DNA from: an uncultured Saprospirales bacterium
Lineage (GTDB): Bacteria; Bacteroidota; Bacteroidia; Chitinophagales; JADIYW01
Assembly (NCBI GenBank): GCA_938008535.1
Contig: CALLKF010000070.1
Span: 950 to 64,949, forward strand
DNA length: 64,000 nt
Direction: 5' to 3'
Positions within the stretch are counted from its first letter, which is position 1. Every line of letters begins with the position of its first letter. Position numbers and translations under genes: made by a program. The notes beneath the pieces were generated by a model that worked only from the letters and a program-made list of their open reading frames with translations, did no database searches and had not been told where the DNA came from. This document shows positions 1 through 8,610 of the stretch, in pieces.

Positions 1-251
1 TCGAAATACAATTTCAGAGTCATTGCAATATGTATAAGTAAACCAGCAAGTAAACCAATTTCCATTACACGAATTACCCAATTGTGCGACATGAAATAAG
101 CAGCTGTATTGAATGTTTCTCCATTATCATTAATTAAAATAGTTGAATTAATACCAACATGCACAACTAAAAATGAGATTAGGAATAAACCAGTTAAACC
201 TACTAATAACTTTCTTCCAATAGAAGAAGTAAAGAATGCTTCTTTTGCCAT
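1..251 (-). CDS. sdhC: succinate dehydrogenase/fumarate reductase cytochrome b subunit (b558 type), N-terminal part; gene runs off the window start
   Basis: Not in ORF track. Reverse-strand ATG at 249-251 gives MAKEAFFTSSIGRKLLVGLTGLFLISFLVVHVGINS...HNWVIRVMEIGLLAGLLIHIAMTLKLYF. The SSIGRK motif plus His-bearing TM helices is as in Bacteroidota SdhC. Confidence 0.6.
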   Translation of the reverse strand, partial: MAKEAFFTSSIGRKLLVGLTGLFLISFLVVHVGINSTILINDNGETFNTAAYFMSHNWVIRVMEIGLLAGLLIHIAMTLKLYF

Positions 252-370
252 AAGATATGTTTTTTTTTAAAAACCGCTGCAAAAATAACAGTTTAAAGCC
301 AAAATTTGTTTTGGTTTAGATTATTTTTTTGCACAGTTTTTATTTGGATGAATTCTAAATAAATAAAAGG

Positions 371-394
371 TCAGCAAATTATATATTTTGCTGA
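371..394 (-). terminator. hairpin terminator downstream of the ACBP gene
   Basis: TCAGCAAA (371-378) pairs with TTTGCTGA (387-394), 8-bp stem. On the minus strand it is followed by CCTTTTATTTATTT. Confidence 0.5.
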
Positions 395-418
395 ATCATT
401 TTTATACCGTCTTAAAAT

Positions 419-682
419 TTATTTATGCGTTTCTAGCAAGCCGTTTACCAAATCCACATATTTTTGCTGTGCATCTGCTTTGCTAAGACCTGCTTTTGCT
501 TTCCATGCGTCCCATTTAAATTTTCCTTTTATATCAAACATACCAGGTTTTGATGTGTTGTTATCTCCTTCAGTTGCTTGTTTAAAAAAAGCATACAAAT
601 CTAAAAGTTGTAAATCACTTGGACGTTTTGTTAAGGTTTTTGTATCAGCTTGTGCTTGTTCAAATTGTTTATCTAAACTCAT
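419..682 (-). CDS. acyl-CoA-binding protein (ACBP)
   Basis: 87 aa with the canonical ACBP signature ...LYAFFKQATEGD...KPGMFDIKGKFKWDAWKA... Confidence 0.9.
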   Translation of the reverse strand: MSLDKQFEQAQADTKTLTKRPSDLQLLDLYAFFKQATEGDNNTSKPGMFDIKGKFKWDAWKAKAGLSKADAQQKYVDLVNGLLETHK

Positions 683-750
683 ATTTATTTGTTTATTGTT
701 TTTAAATGGTGAATATGCTATATGCTTTAGTTTTTAAAACGTAATTTTAA

Positions 751-780
751 TTGCTTGGATATTTCATATCTTTATTTTTG
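751..780 (+). promoter_or_regulatory. Bacteroidota-type promoter (-33 TTG, -7 TATTTTTG)
   Basis: TTG at 751-753, a 19-nt spacer, then TATTTTTG at 773-780 (fits TAnnTTTG). It lies ~55 nt upstream of the ATG at 836. Confidence 0.4.
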
Positions 781-835
781 CTTAAATTTAGCAAATATCT
801 TGGAAAAAAGAAATTAGAATCAACACAAACAACAA

Positions 836-2359
836 ATGAAAAAATACCAATTCGCATTATTAATTTGTATTCCGTTATGCTGGTTTTTTTATAAGCTGTT
901 GCCAATGTATATTAATCCTGCTGCATACTCAACAGCTAACTTTATATATGCTGAAAATTTTGAACAAATAAAGATTTGGTGTTTCGATTCTTTTAGCAAA
1001 ACTAGATTTGATGACAGTTCTAATTTTTTGTATTCACTATCGCTTTGGTTATTTATTCATTTTCTTAAATATACTGCTGTTAAGGCATCTATTTATGTAA
1101 ATGGTATGAGTATGCTCGTTACAGTAATTTTGGTTCATCGAATAGTTGCTTCAAGATATGTAAGCATACAATTACTTTTAGTTGGTTTATTATTTCTGAG
1201 CACTCAAATTTGGGCTGGTGTAATTGGTGATGAGATTATTTTTCAAGGAATGTTATGGCTGTTTGCGATTCGTGCGTTTTGGCACCAGCGGTATTTTGGA
1301 TTGATGATTTGGTGTGTAGTAAATATAATAGCTCGTCCTGATAATATTTTCATTTTAGCACCTATGATTATTGCAAGTTTTTTTGATGTATTTGAATTGA
1401 AAGACAGAGATAAACGTAAGTTTTGGTTTAGAAGGTTAAGACGATCATTAGGATTTTTTATTTTTCCAATTATTGGATATTTTGTGTATCGATACCTTTA
1501 CTTTGGAAAAGTTTTGCCAGAAAATTGGCTACATCATTCATTAGAAATCGATAAGAAATTTGGTATTTTCAATGCTCAAGGATTTTATTACTCTGTTCAT
1601 TATTTACGCTTTTATGTTTTACCATTAATAATAGGTGTTGCATTTTATTTTTTGAAAGAACGAAAGAAGTTATCGCTTCGATATTATACGTTAGCATGTA
1701 GTTTAATTGTTATTCCATTTATTTACAACTGCACATTTTCGCAAGATGACAACCTCGCGTTTAAGAATCAATATTCTATTTACTTAGGATTAATTTTATT
1801 GTCGTTGTTATTTATTCGCGATTACAGATCAATTTCGCAAAGCATAACTACTGCATTTTTTATATTTTTTTTTGGATTCAAAATTTCTTTTGGATATTTT
1901 CAAAAAACGCTACAAACAGACAAAGACAACTTATATTATATTGCAAATGATTTATCAGAAATGCACGAAGGAAAGGCAATTGTTTTTTATGACAATTACC
2001 TAACATGGATAACAGATTGGAGTAGTATTTTTGCCAGTGGAAAACACAGCATAAATGGTAAAGCATTTTCTGAAAAAGAGATAGAAGATGCTGGTGTTGA
2101 CATGATTATTGGTTATGAAAAGTATAGCGAAGTAATTAAATCAAAATACGATTTATTTTTGTTACCAAGCAACACGCGTGCATTTGAAAAAGAGATAGAA
2201 CCAGAAAATTCATTAGACAAATTCTTCTATAAATACTCGCACAAGTATCCTGTAAATTTAAAACTAAATTTTCCAGTTCTTGTTTGGAAATTTGGCAAAA
2301 ATCAAAAACAAATTATTAGCATTTTAGAAAGTCATGGTGGAAAAAAATCAGATTTTTAA
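836..2359 (+). CDS. polytopic membrane protein, function unknown (possibly GT-C-like glycosyltransferase)
   Basis: 507-aa ORF with ~10+ hydrophobic segments in the first 350 aa and a soluble C-terminal ~150 aa. No motif I recognise securely. Confidence 0.6.
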   Translation: MKKYQFALLICIPLCWFFYKLLPMYINPAAYSTANFIYAENFEQIKIWCFDSFSKTRFDDSSNFLYSLSLWLFIHFLKYTAVKASIYVNGMSMLVTVILVHRIVASRYVSIQLLLVGLLFLSTQIWAGVIGDEIIFQGMLWLFAIRAFWHQRYFGLMIWCVVNIIARPDNIFILAPMIIASFFDVFELKDRDKRKFWFRRLRRSLGFFIFPIIGYFVYRYLYFGKVLPENWLHHSLEIDKKFGIFNAQGFYYSVHYLRFYVLPLIIGVAFYFLKERKKLSLRYYTLACSLIVIPFIYNCTFSQDDNLAFKNQYSIYLGLILLSLLFIRDYRSISQSITTAFFIFFFGFKISFGYFQKTLQTDKDNLYYIANDLSEMHEGKAIVFYDNYLTWITDWSSIFASGKHSINGKAFSEKEIEDAGVDMIIGYEKYSEVIKSKYDLFLLPSNTRAFEKEIEPENSLDKFFYKYSHKYPVNLKLNFPVLVWKFGKNQKQIISILESHGGKKSDF

Positions 2360-2370
2360 TAGTAATCAAG

Positions 2371-2442
2371 TAGTCTCTGCGAGAATCGAACTTGCATTAA
2401 CAGTTTAGGAAACTGCTGTTCTATCCATTGAACTAAGAGACT
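2371..2442 (-). tRNA. tRNA-Arg (anticodon CCT)
   Basis: Hand-folded 72-nt cloverleaf: acceptor AGTCTCT/AGAGACT, D arm GTTC-AATGGATA-GAAC, anticodon arm GCAGT-TTCCTAA-ACTGT, T arm GCAAG-TTCGATT-CTCGC (one A.C mismatch). No encoded CCA. Confidence 0.8.
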
Positions 2443-2528
2443 TTTTTTATGAAATATTGAATTAATAAATTAATGTAATAATGCTTAGTCAGGAAATCCA
2501 TTTATGGTTTCATTATTTCATTGCTACA

Positions 2529-4727
2529 TTATTTGATTATATTTCCTGCAGTAACGCCATCAGCATTCACAAAATACAATTTACCATTTGCATCTTCTGC
2601 CATTAAAATCATACCGTTGCTTTCGATGCCTTTTAATTTTCTTGGTGCAAGATTTATTAAAACGGAAACTTCTTTTCCAATAATTTCTTCAGGTGAAAAA
2701 TGCTCTGCAATACCAGAAACAATGGTGCGTTCTTCAAAACCTACGTCAACTAATAACTTTAATAATTTATCTGCTTTCGCTACTTTTTCTGCTGCTAAAA
2801 TTTTTCCTGTTCTAATATCTAATTTTGAAAAATCATCGTAAGTGATTTCAGGTTTCACCGCTACGTTAACCTGAACTTGTTTCAGATTCTCATTATTAGA
2901 TGCTGAAACAAGTTCAGCATGACTTTGCGGTTTACTTTTGTTCAATTTCTCAATTTGAAAAGCAACTTGTTCATCTTCAATCTTTGGAAATAAAATTTCT
3001 GATGGATTTATTTTTGTACCTGATGGAATAATTTGAGCAAAACTACCAAATGCATTATTAAGTTCTATTTTAGTATCTACATTAAATAAATTTTCAATTT
3101 TTTGTGAAGTTTTTGGTAGTAATGATTTTAATAAGTATGATAAAGTTCCAACATACTGACTAGCAACATATAATACTTCACCTGTTCTTACCATATCCGA
3201 CTTTACTAATTTCCATGGTTCATTATCTTGTAAATATTTATTGCCATAACTAGATAGCTTCATTACTTCAAATAATGCATCTCTAAATCTAAACCCATCT
3301 ATTATTGGTGTACCATCTTCAAAAGATACATCACCAACAATAAAAGCACTTACTAAACTATTGGTTGAAAATAATATCTGCAAATAATCATTGTCCAAAC
3401 TATTGACATTGTCAAGTTTGTACTCAGGTACAATTCCATTAAAATATTTATTAATAAGTACAGATACGCGATTAATAAAGTTTCCTAAATTACCAACCAT
3501 TTCACTGTTCACTCTATTTTGAAAATCCTGCCATGTAAATTCAGAATCTCTGTTTTCAGGCATGTTTGCAATTAATGTATAACGCAACTCATCTTCTCTT
3601 CCAGGAAAATCTTCTAAATATTCATGCAGCCAAACTGCCCAATTTCGTGAAGTAGAAATCTTGTCGCCTTCTAAATTCATGAATTCATTTGCAGGTACAT
3701 TCGTTGGTAAAATATATTGCTCTATGGCTTTCAAAATTGCAGGAAACGTGATGCAATGAAACACAATATTATCTTTTCCAATAAAATGAATTAATTGCGT
3801 TTCATCATCTTGCCAGTATTTTTTCCAATCATTTTCTGTTACATTTTCAAAACGTCTTTGGTTGTATGAAAATGTATTTTCGTTGATTGCTTTTTCTTTA
3901 AACAATTGTTTTGTTGCCGAAATATAACCAATCGGCGCATCTAACCAAACATATAATACTTTGCCTTCTGCACCAGCAATTTCTGGTGGAACTGGAATTC
4001 CCCAATTTAAGTCACGTGTCATGGCTCGTGGTTTCAAGCCATCATTTAACCAAGATTTACATTGACCAACCACATGTGCTTTCCAGTTATTTTCTTTGGA
4101 TGTTTTATCAAACCAACCTTCAATTCCTTTTTGTTGTTCATCTAATTTTAAAAACCAATGTTTAGTCGATTTCAAAACAGGTTTTGAGTTTGTTAAGGTA
4201 GATCTTGGATTTATTAAATCTGTTGGATTTAAAGAAGAACCACATTTTTCACATTGATCGCCATAAGCATTTTCATTGCCGCATTTCGGACAAGTTCCAA
4301 TAATATATCTGTCAGCTAAAAATTGTTTTGCTTCTTCATCAAAATACTGTTCGCTTTCAATAATTTCAAACGCATTTTTATCATTCAATACTCTGAAAAA
4401 ATCCTGGGATGTTTCGTAATGAATTGGTTCAGTTGTGCGATGATAAATATCAAATGAAATTCCGAAATCTTCAAAACTCTTTTTAATAATGGAATGATAT
4501 TTATCTACAATTTCTTTTGGTGTTGTATTTTCTTTTTTTGCTTTGATCGTAATCGCTGCACCGTGTTCATCGCTACCACAAACAAAAATCACATCTTTGC
4601 CTTGTAAGCGTAAATAACGTGCGTAAATATCTGCAGCAATGTAAGCACCAGCCAAATGACCAATATGCAAAGGTCCGTTTGCATAAGGCAATGCTGCTGT
4701 AATTGTATATCTTTTCGGTTCTGACAT
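2529..4727 (-). CDS. metG: methionyl-tRNA synthetase with C-terminal Trbp111/EMAP-like tRNA-binding domain
   Basis: 732 aa. HIGH-type motif (PYANGPLHIGH), zinc knuckle CPKCGNENAYGDQCEKCG, KMSKS-like KISTS, and a C-terminal OB-fold domain (DIRTGKILAAEKV...). Confidence 0.97.
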   Translation of the reverse strand: MSEPKRYTITAALPYANGPLHIGHLAGAYIAADIYARYLRLQGKDVIFVCGSDEHGAAITIKAKKENTTPKEIVDKYHSIIKKSFEDFGISFDIYHRTTEPIHYETSQDFFRVLNDKNAFEIIESEQYFDEEAKQFLADRYIIGTCPKCGNENAYGDQCEKCGSSLNPTDLINPRSTLTNSKPVLKSTKHWFLKLDEQQKGIEGWFDKTSKENNWKAHVVGQCKSWLNDGLKPRAMTRDLNWGIPVPPEIAGAEGKVLYVWLDAPIGYISATKQLFKEKAINENTFSYNQRRFENVTENDWKKYWQDDETQLIHFIGKDNIVFHCITFPAILKAIEQYILPTNVPANEFMNLEGDKISTSRNWAVWLHEYLEDFPGREDELRYTLIANMPENRDSEFTWQDFQNRVNSEMVGNLGNFINRVSVLINKYFNGIVPEYKLDNVNSLDNDYLQILFSTNSLVSAFIVGDVSFEDGTPIIDGFRFRDALFEVMKLSSYGNKYLQDNEPWKLVKSDMVRTGEVLYVASQYVGTLSYLLKSLLPKTSQKIENLFNVDTKIELNNAFGSFAQIIPSGTKINPSEILFPKIEDEQVAFQIEKLNKSKPQSHAELVSASNNENLKQVQVNVAVKPEITYDDFSKLDIRTGKILAAEKVAKADKLLKLLVDVGFEERTIVSGIAEHFSPEEIIGKEVSVLINLAPRKLKGIESNGMILMAEDANGKLYFVNADGVTAGNIIK
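2871..2917. repeat. perfect 15-bp inverted repeat inside the metG linker, in frame
   Basis: CTGAACTTGTTTCAG (2871-2885) and its exact reverse complement CTGAAACAAGTTCAG (2903-2917) are separated by 17 nt. The region encodes ...SHAELVSASNNENLKQVQVN... Confidence 0.8.
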
Positions 4728-4741
4728 GATGCAAATATAGT

Positions 4742-4769
4742 AATTAGTGATGAGTGATGAGTAATGAGT
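4742..4769. repeat. heptanucleotide tandem repeat (4 units) just upstream of the metG start
   Basis: + strand units AATTAGT GATGAGT GATGAGT AATGAGT. The repeat starts 15 nt from the metG ATG (4725-4727, minus strand). Confidence 0.85.
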
Positions 4770-4782
4770 GTGTTTGAATATT

Positions 4783-4811
4783 TTGTTAGCAAAATTTTTA
4801 GCTTATTTTTA
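4783..4811 (+). promoter_or_regulatory. putative promoter of the LD-carboxypeptidase gene
   Basis: TTG at 4783-4785, an 18-nt spacer, then TATTTTTA at 4804-4811 (one mismatch to TAnnTTTG). The box ends 4 nt before the ATG at 4816. Confidence 0.35.
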
Positions 4812-4815
4812 CAAT

Positions 4816-5712
4816 ATGATACGACCACCATTTCTCAAAAAAGGCGACACCATTGGCGTTTGCTGTACGGCACGAAAAATTTCTATGGAAGAAATTCAAT
4901 TAGCTGTTGATACTCTAAAAAGTTGGGATTTGAATGTTGTCATTGGCGATACGATTGGCAAACAAGATAACCAATATGGCGGAACAGATGCTGAACGTCA
5001 AGCAGATTTCCAACGCATGTTGAATGACGGAAACATCAAAGCCATTATTGCAGCACGTGGTGGCTATGGCACAGTTCGTATGATGGACACGCTAGATTTT
5101 CGTGCGTTTATGGAAAGTCCGAAATGGATCGTTGGTTTTTCTGATATTACGTATTTGCATGCTCAACTGAATTGTAATATTGGTGTAGAAACGCTGCATG
5201 CTATTATGATGAGCACTTTTCCTATTAATACACCAACTGCAATTGAATCTCTAAAAGATGCGCTGTTTTGCAATAAATTAAAATATGATTTTGCACCACA
5301 TTCATTAAATAAAAGTGGACAAATGCAAGGCGAAATGGTTGGTGGAAATTTGTCTATTATGTATGCTATTCTTGGAACAAAAACGATTTTAGACACCAAT
5401 AAAAAAATCTTGTTTATTGAAGATTTAGATGAGTATTTATATCATATCGACAGAATGATGATGGCGATGAAACGTGCAGGAAAATTGAAAGGTTTGTCTG
5501 GTTTATTAGTTGGTGGTTTGAGTGATATGAAAGACAATACAGTTCCGTTTGGTAAAACTGCAGAAGAAATTATTTTAGAACATGTAGCTGAATACGATTA
5601 TCCAGTTTGTTTTAATTTTCCAGCTGGTCATATTGCTGATAATCGTGCAATTTTTATGGGAAAACAAGCAAAAATTGAGGTTTCCACAAACAAATCTATA
5701 TTTATACAATAA
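4816..5712 (+). CDS. LD-carboxypeptidase (peptidase S66, LdcA/MccF-like)
   Basis: Starts [17 protein letters not shown]. Ser-nucleophile motif [10 protein letters not shown] and a C-terminal FPAGH His motif. The track start at 4768 is a non-ATG extension that overlaps the promoter. Confidence 0.85.
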   Translation: MIRPPFLKKGDTIGVCCTARKISMEEIQLAVDTLKSWDLNVVIGDTIGKQDNQYGGTDAERQADFQRMLNDGNIKAIIAARGGYGTVRMMDTLDFRAFMESPKWIVGFSDITYLHAQLNCNIGVETLHAIMMSTFPINTPTAIESLKDALFCNKLKYDFAPHSLNKSGQMQGEMVGGNLSIMYAILGTKTILDTNKKILFIEDLDEYLYHIDRMMMAMKRAGKLKGLSGLLVGGLSDMKDNTVPFGKTAEEIILEHVAEYDYPVCFNFPAGHIADNRAIFMGKQAKIEVSTNKSIFIQ

Positions 5713-5744
5713 ACTTTTGGCGCAACATTTGTAATAACTTATTT

Positions 5745-6185
5745 ATGAAAAAAATTCTGTTTTTTAGTTTGATGCTTGCATGTATATTTTCCTTTGGAAA
5801 ATGTAACAAGAAAAAGAAATGCAGTAAGAAAAAAGCAAATACTGAAGTTACAAGTAATTCAGCAAAATTAAATGCGGATGAAGTTTGGATGCAATATGAT
5901 GAAAAAAAATGCGAAAATCCATGGCAATTTAATTGGTTTCAGAAACCAACGCAAGAACAAATTTTAGGTGCTGTAAAAGGCAATTTACTTGGAAAAGTAA
6001 TCGCTATTTTAGAAATAAAATCATCAACAGAAAAAGATTTTATAAGTTGTGAAGCTTGTACTTGTCCGAACGGAACACATTATTTTCTGCGTGTCAACAA
6101 ATCGGAAATAGAAAAATTAAAAGCACTGAAATTTTATGAAATAAAAGATATTCCGAAAGATGTTGTAATAGATAATACAAAATAG
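5745..6185 (+). CDS. small Cys-rich lipoprotein/secreted protein, unknown function
   Basis: 146 aa with signal peptide MKKILFFSLMLACIFSFGKC and several Cys residues (CENPW, CEACTCPNG). Confidence 0.55.
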   Translation: MKKILFFSLMLACIFSFGKCNKKKKCSKKKANTEVTSNSAKLNADEVWMQYDEKKCENPWQFNWFQKPTQEQILGAVKGNLLGKVIAILEIKSSTEKDFISCEACTCPNGTHYFLRVNKSEIEKLKALKFYEIKDIPKDVVIDNTK

Positions 6186-6206
6186 TATTTTCAAATTACC
6201 ACATTT

Positions 6207-6599
6207 TCAAATTTTCAAATTAGACTTAATTTTTTCAGCAATTTCTAACATTTTCTCTTTAGAAATTTCTTTGGTATTTCTGAAATCTAAATCGTGTACA
6301 GAATTTATTGGTGATAAATGAATGTGTGTGTGTGGAACTTCTAGTCCAATTACAGTCATACCAATTCGTTCGCAATCAACAGATTTTTTAATAGCTATTG
6401 CTATTTTTTTAGCAAACACAATCAATCCTTGTAATTCAGCATCTTCTAAATCAAAAATATAATTAACTTCTCGTTTTGTAACCACTAAAGTGTGTCCGAG
6501 ATTTAAAGGTCGAATATCTAAAAATGCAAAATAATTTTCGTCTTCTGCAATTTTATAACAAGGAATTTCGCCGTTAATGATTTTGGTAAAAATAGTCAT
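6207..6599 (-). CDS. HIT-family nucleotide hydrolase (HinT-like)
   Basis: 130 aa with the histidine triad VPHTHIHLSP and the N-terminal IFTKIINGEIP motif. Confidence 0.9.
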   Translation of the reverse strand: MTIFTKIINGEIPCYKIAEDENYFAFLDIRPLNLGHTLVVTKREVNYIFDLEDAELQGLIVFAKKIAIAIKKSVDCERIGMTVIGLEVPHTHIHLSPINSVHDLDFRNTKEISKEKMLEIAEKIKSNLKI

Positions 6600-6606
6600 T
6601 TGAAAA

Positions 6607-7080
6607 CTATATTGAAATATCCAACACTTGCAATTCCATCGCGCCAGCAGGAATTTGTATCGTCACTTTTTCGCCTTTTTTCAAACCTAATAAAGCAGCG
6701 CCAATCGGTGATTTTACAGAAATTTTCATTTGTTTTAAATCGGCTTCAGCTTCAGAAACTAAGTGATAGGTGAATTCTTTTTTCATTTTCATGTTCATCA
6801 CTTTCACTTTCGACAAAACCGATACTTTTGAAATATCAATTTTCGAGGCATCTAAAACGCGTGCGTTTCCAATTTCTGCTTCCAATTTACGGATGCGCAA
6901 TTCCAATAAACCTTGTGCTTCTTTGGCTGCGTCGTATTCTGCATTTTCCGACAAATCACCTTTTTCGCGTGCTTCGCCAATCGCTTTCGATGCGTTTGGT
7001 CGTTCAATTGCTACTAATTGATTCAACTCTTCTTTCATTTTCACCAATCCGTCTTCGGTTACATACACTATATCTGACAT
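6607..7080 (-). CDS. greA: transcription elongation factor GreA
   Basis: 157 aa with the acidic-tip coiled coil (...GDLSENAEYDAAKEAQ...) and a C-terminal FKBP-like domain. Confidence 0.95.
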   Translation of the reverse strand: MSDIVYVTEDGLVKMKEELNQLVAIERPNASKAIGEAREKGDLSENAEYDAAKEAQGLLELRIRKLEAEIGNARVLDASKIDISKVSVLSKVKVMNMKMKKEFTYHLVSEAEADLKQMKISVKSPIGAALLGLKKGEKVTIQIPAGAMELQVLDISI

Positions 7081-7097
7081 ACTTTCTGTTTTAGCTG

Positions 7098-7130
7098 AAA
7101 AAAATAGACACGCCTCGATTGAGACGTGCC
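7098..7130 (-). terminator. intrinsic-terminator-like hairpin plus U tract inside the greA leader
   Basis: Minus strand reads GGCACGUCUC-AAUC-GAGGCGUGUC (10-bp stem with 2 G.U pairs) followed by UAUUUUUUU. It ends 17 nt before the greA ATG, and no upstream same-strand gene exists for it to terminate. Confidence 0.55.
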
Positions 7131-7138
7131 TTCTAATG

Positions 7139-7169
7139 CAAATTTAGTCTTTTTTTGGAAAAATTGCAA
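7139..7169 (-). promoter_or_regulatory. putative greA promoter
   Basis: On the minus strand: TTG (7169-7167), a 20-nt spacer, then TAAATTTG (7146-7139). The predicted start would fall just upstream of the leader hairpin. Confidence 0.35.
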
Positions 7170-7209
7170 TTATTTTTAGCTTTTAACTTAAAAAGCTACT
7201 TTTGCAATC

Positions 7210-8568
7210 ATGGTTGATGCACAAAAATCTTCTTTCTTTCAAAATAAAAAAATGATTTATCTGCTAATCGTGGCATTTGTGGTGCGTGTGTTGGTGTTTA
7301 TTCGTTTTCAACCATGGTTAGATTCTGTAATTACCAAACAAATTTTAATTTTTGATTCGCTTGGCTATCATAATTTGGCATTGTGCATCAAGAATAATTT
7401 TACGTTTTGTGGTGACGCATTCCGAACACCAGCTTATCCATTTTTTATTTCTATTATTTACTTTATTTCTGGAAACAATGTTTCGCATGTGCTTTTTGTA
7501 CAGATATTTTTAAATTTAATTTCTATTGTTTTACTTTATAAAATTGGCAAAGAATTATTTTCTGAAAAAGTAGGATTTATTGCAGCTGTTTTATTTTCGA
7601 TGGATTTGCATCACATCATTTTTATTTTTTACATTTTAACCGAAACGATATATACTACTCTTTTTTTATTAGCTTTATTCTTTTTCATAAAAGCTATAAA
7701 AACCAATCAACTTAAATTCTTTTTGTTCACTGGAATTTTATATGGAATCAGCGCATTAGTTCGACCGATTTCGCAATTTTATATTTACTGTATTTTTGCT
7801 TTCACGTTAATTTATTTTTTTAAAACCTGGAAAAATGGCGTTCGTTTTTCATTTATTTTATTGGTTGGATATTTTATAGCTGTTGCACCATGGTGCGCTC
7901 GAAACTATAATGAATATGGACATTTTGCGCTTTCAAACATCAAAGGTTATAATTTGCTTTTTTGGAATGCAAGTTATTACGAAGCCAAACGTCAACATAA
8001 AACGATTGAAGAAATTAATCAAAGCTTTGTTGTAGAATTAGAAAAAATGGGTTGGCGCAAAGATGCGAATCCTTTTGATAAAGAAAAGTATGATGGTGAA
8101 TTAGCAAACAAAATTATTAAAGCAAATTTTGCTGATTATTTAAAAACACATTTAATCGGAACGGTGAAAATTCATTTGAGTTTAGGCACACAAAGTTTAA
8201 CAGATGTGTTACATATTCCTTCGAAGAAATTTAGCGAAGAAGAAAAATACACCAATGGAATTATTACGTTAATGAAGAAATTCTTTGCGCAAAAAACAAT
8301 TTCAGAAATCCTATTAGGTTTATTTGTTGCTCTATTTTTAACCATCATTTATTTTTTCGCTAGCATTGGAATTTGGCAAATGATAAAAACAAAACAAACA
8401 CTAATGATGCTTTTTTTATTGGGTTCTGCTGGTTATTTTGCGTTGATTAGTGGTATCATTTCGTATTCACGATACCGTTTGCCAAGCATTCCATTTTATA
8501 TATTATTGGCAAGCGTTGGTATAGCATGGTGGTTAAATAGAAATAAGTTATTAGGCAATAATGATTAG
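7210..8568 (+). CDS. ArnT/PMT-like (GT39/GT83-type) membrane glycosyltransferase
   Basis: 452 aa and polytopic. N-terminal loop with DSLGYHNLA, typical of this fold. TACTTTTG lies at 7197-7204, and an alternative start is Met15. Confidence 0.7.
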   Translation: MVDAQKSSFFQNKKMIYLLIVAFVVRVLVFIRFQPWLDSVITKQILIFDSLGYHNLALCIKNNFTFCGDAFRTPAYPFFISIIYFISGNNVSHVLFVQIFLNLISIVLLYKIGKELFSEKVGFIAAVLFSMDLHHIIFIFYILTETIYTTLFLLALFFFIKAIKTNQLKFFLFTGILYGISALVRPISQFYIYCIFAFTLIYFFKTWKNGVRFSFILLVGYFIAVAPWCARNYNEYGHFALSNIKGYNLLFWNASYYEAKRQHKTIEEINQSFVVELEKMGWRKDANPFDKEKYDGELANKIIKANFADYLKTHLIGTVKIHLSLGTQSLTDVLHIPSKKFSEEEKYTNGIITLMKKFFAQKTISEILLGLFVALFLTIIYFFASIGIWQMIKTKQTLMMLFLLGSAGYFALISGIISYSRYRLPSIPFYILLASVGIAWWLNRNKLLGNND

Positions 8569-8610
8569 TCATTTTGCAATAAGAAACTACTAATAATTTA
8601 TATCCAATTA

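Noticed and set aside
4728-4815. A T-box or riboswitch-like leader upstream of metG, with the same question for the pdxA, gltX and fumC leaders
   Set aside because: The leaders are too short (under 100 nt) and show no recognisable conserved riboswitch or T-box structure. The metG leader is occupied by the heptamer array.
6190-6222. Octamer repeats (ATTTTCAA x3 with one variant) at the HIT gene 3' end, and GTGAAA hexamers at 50008-50025
   Set aside because: These are short, low-complexity and AT-rich, and they partly encode the HIT C-terminus. They are not distinguishable from chance or slippage.
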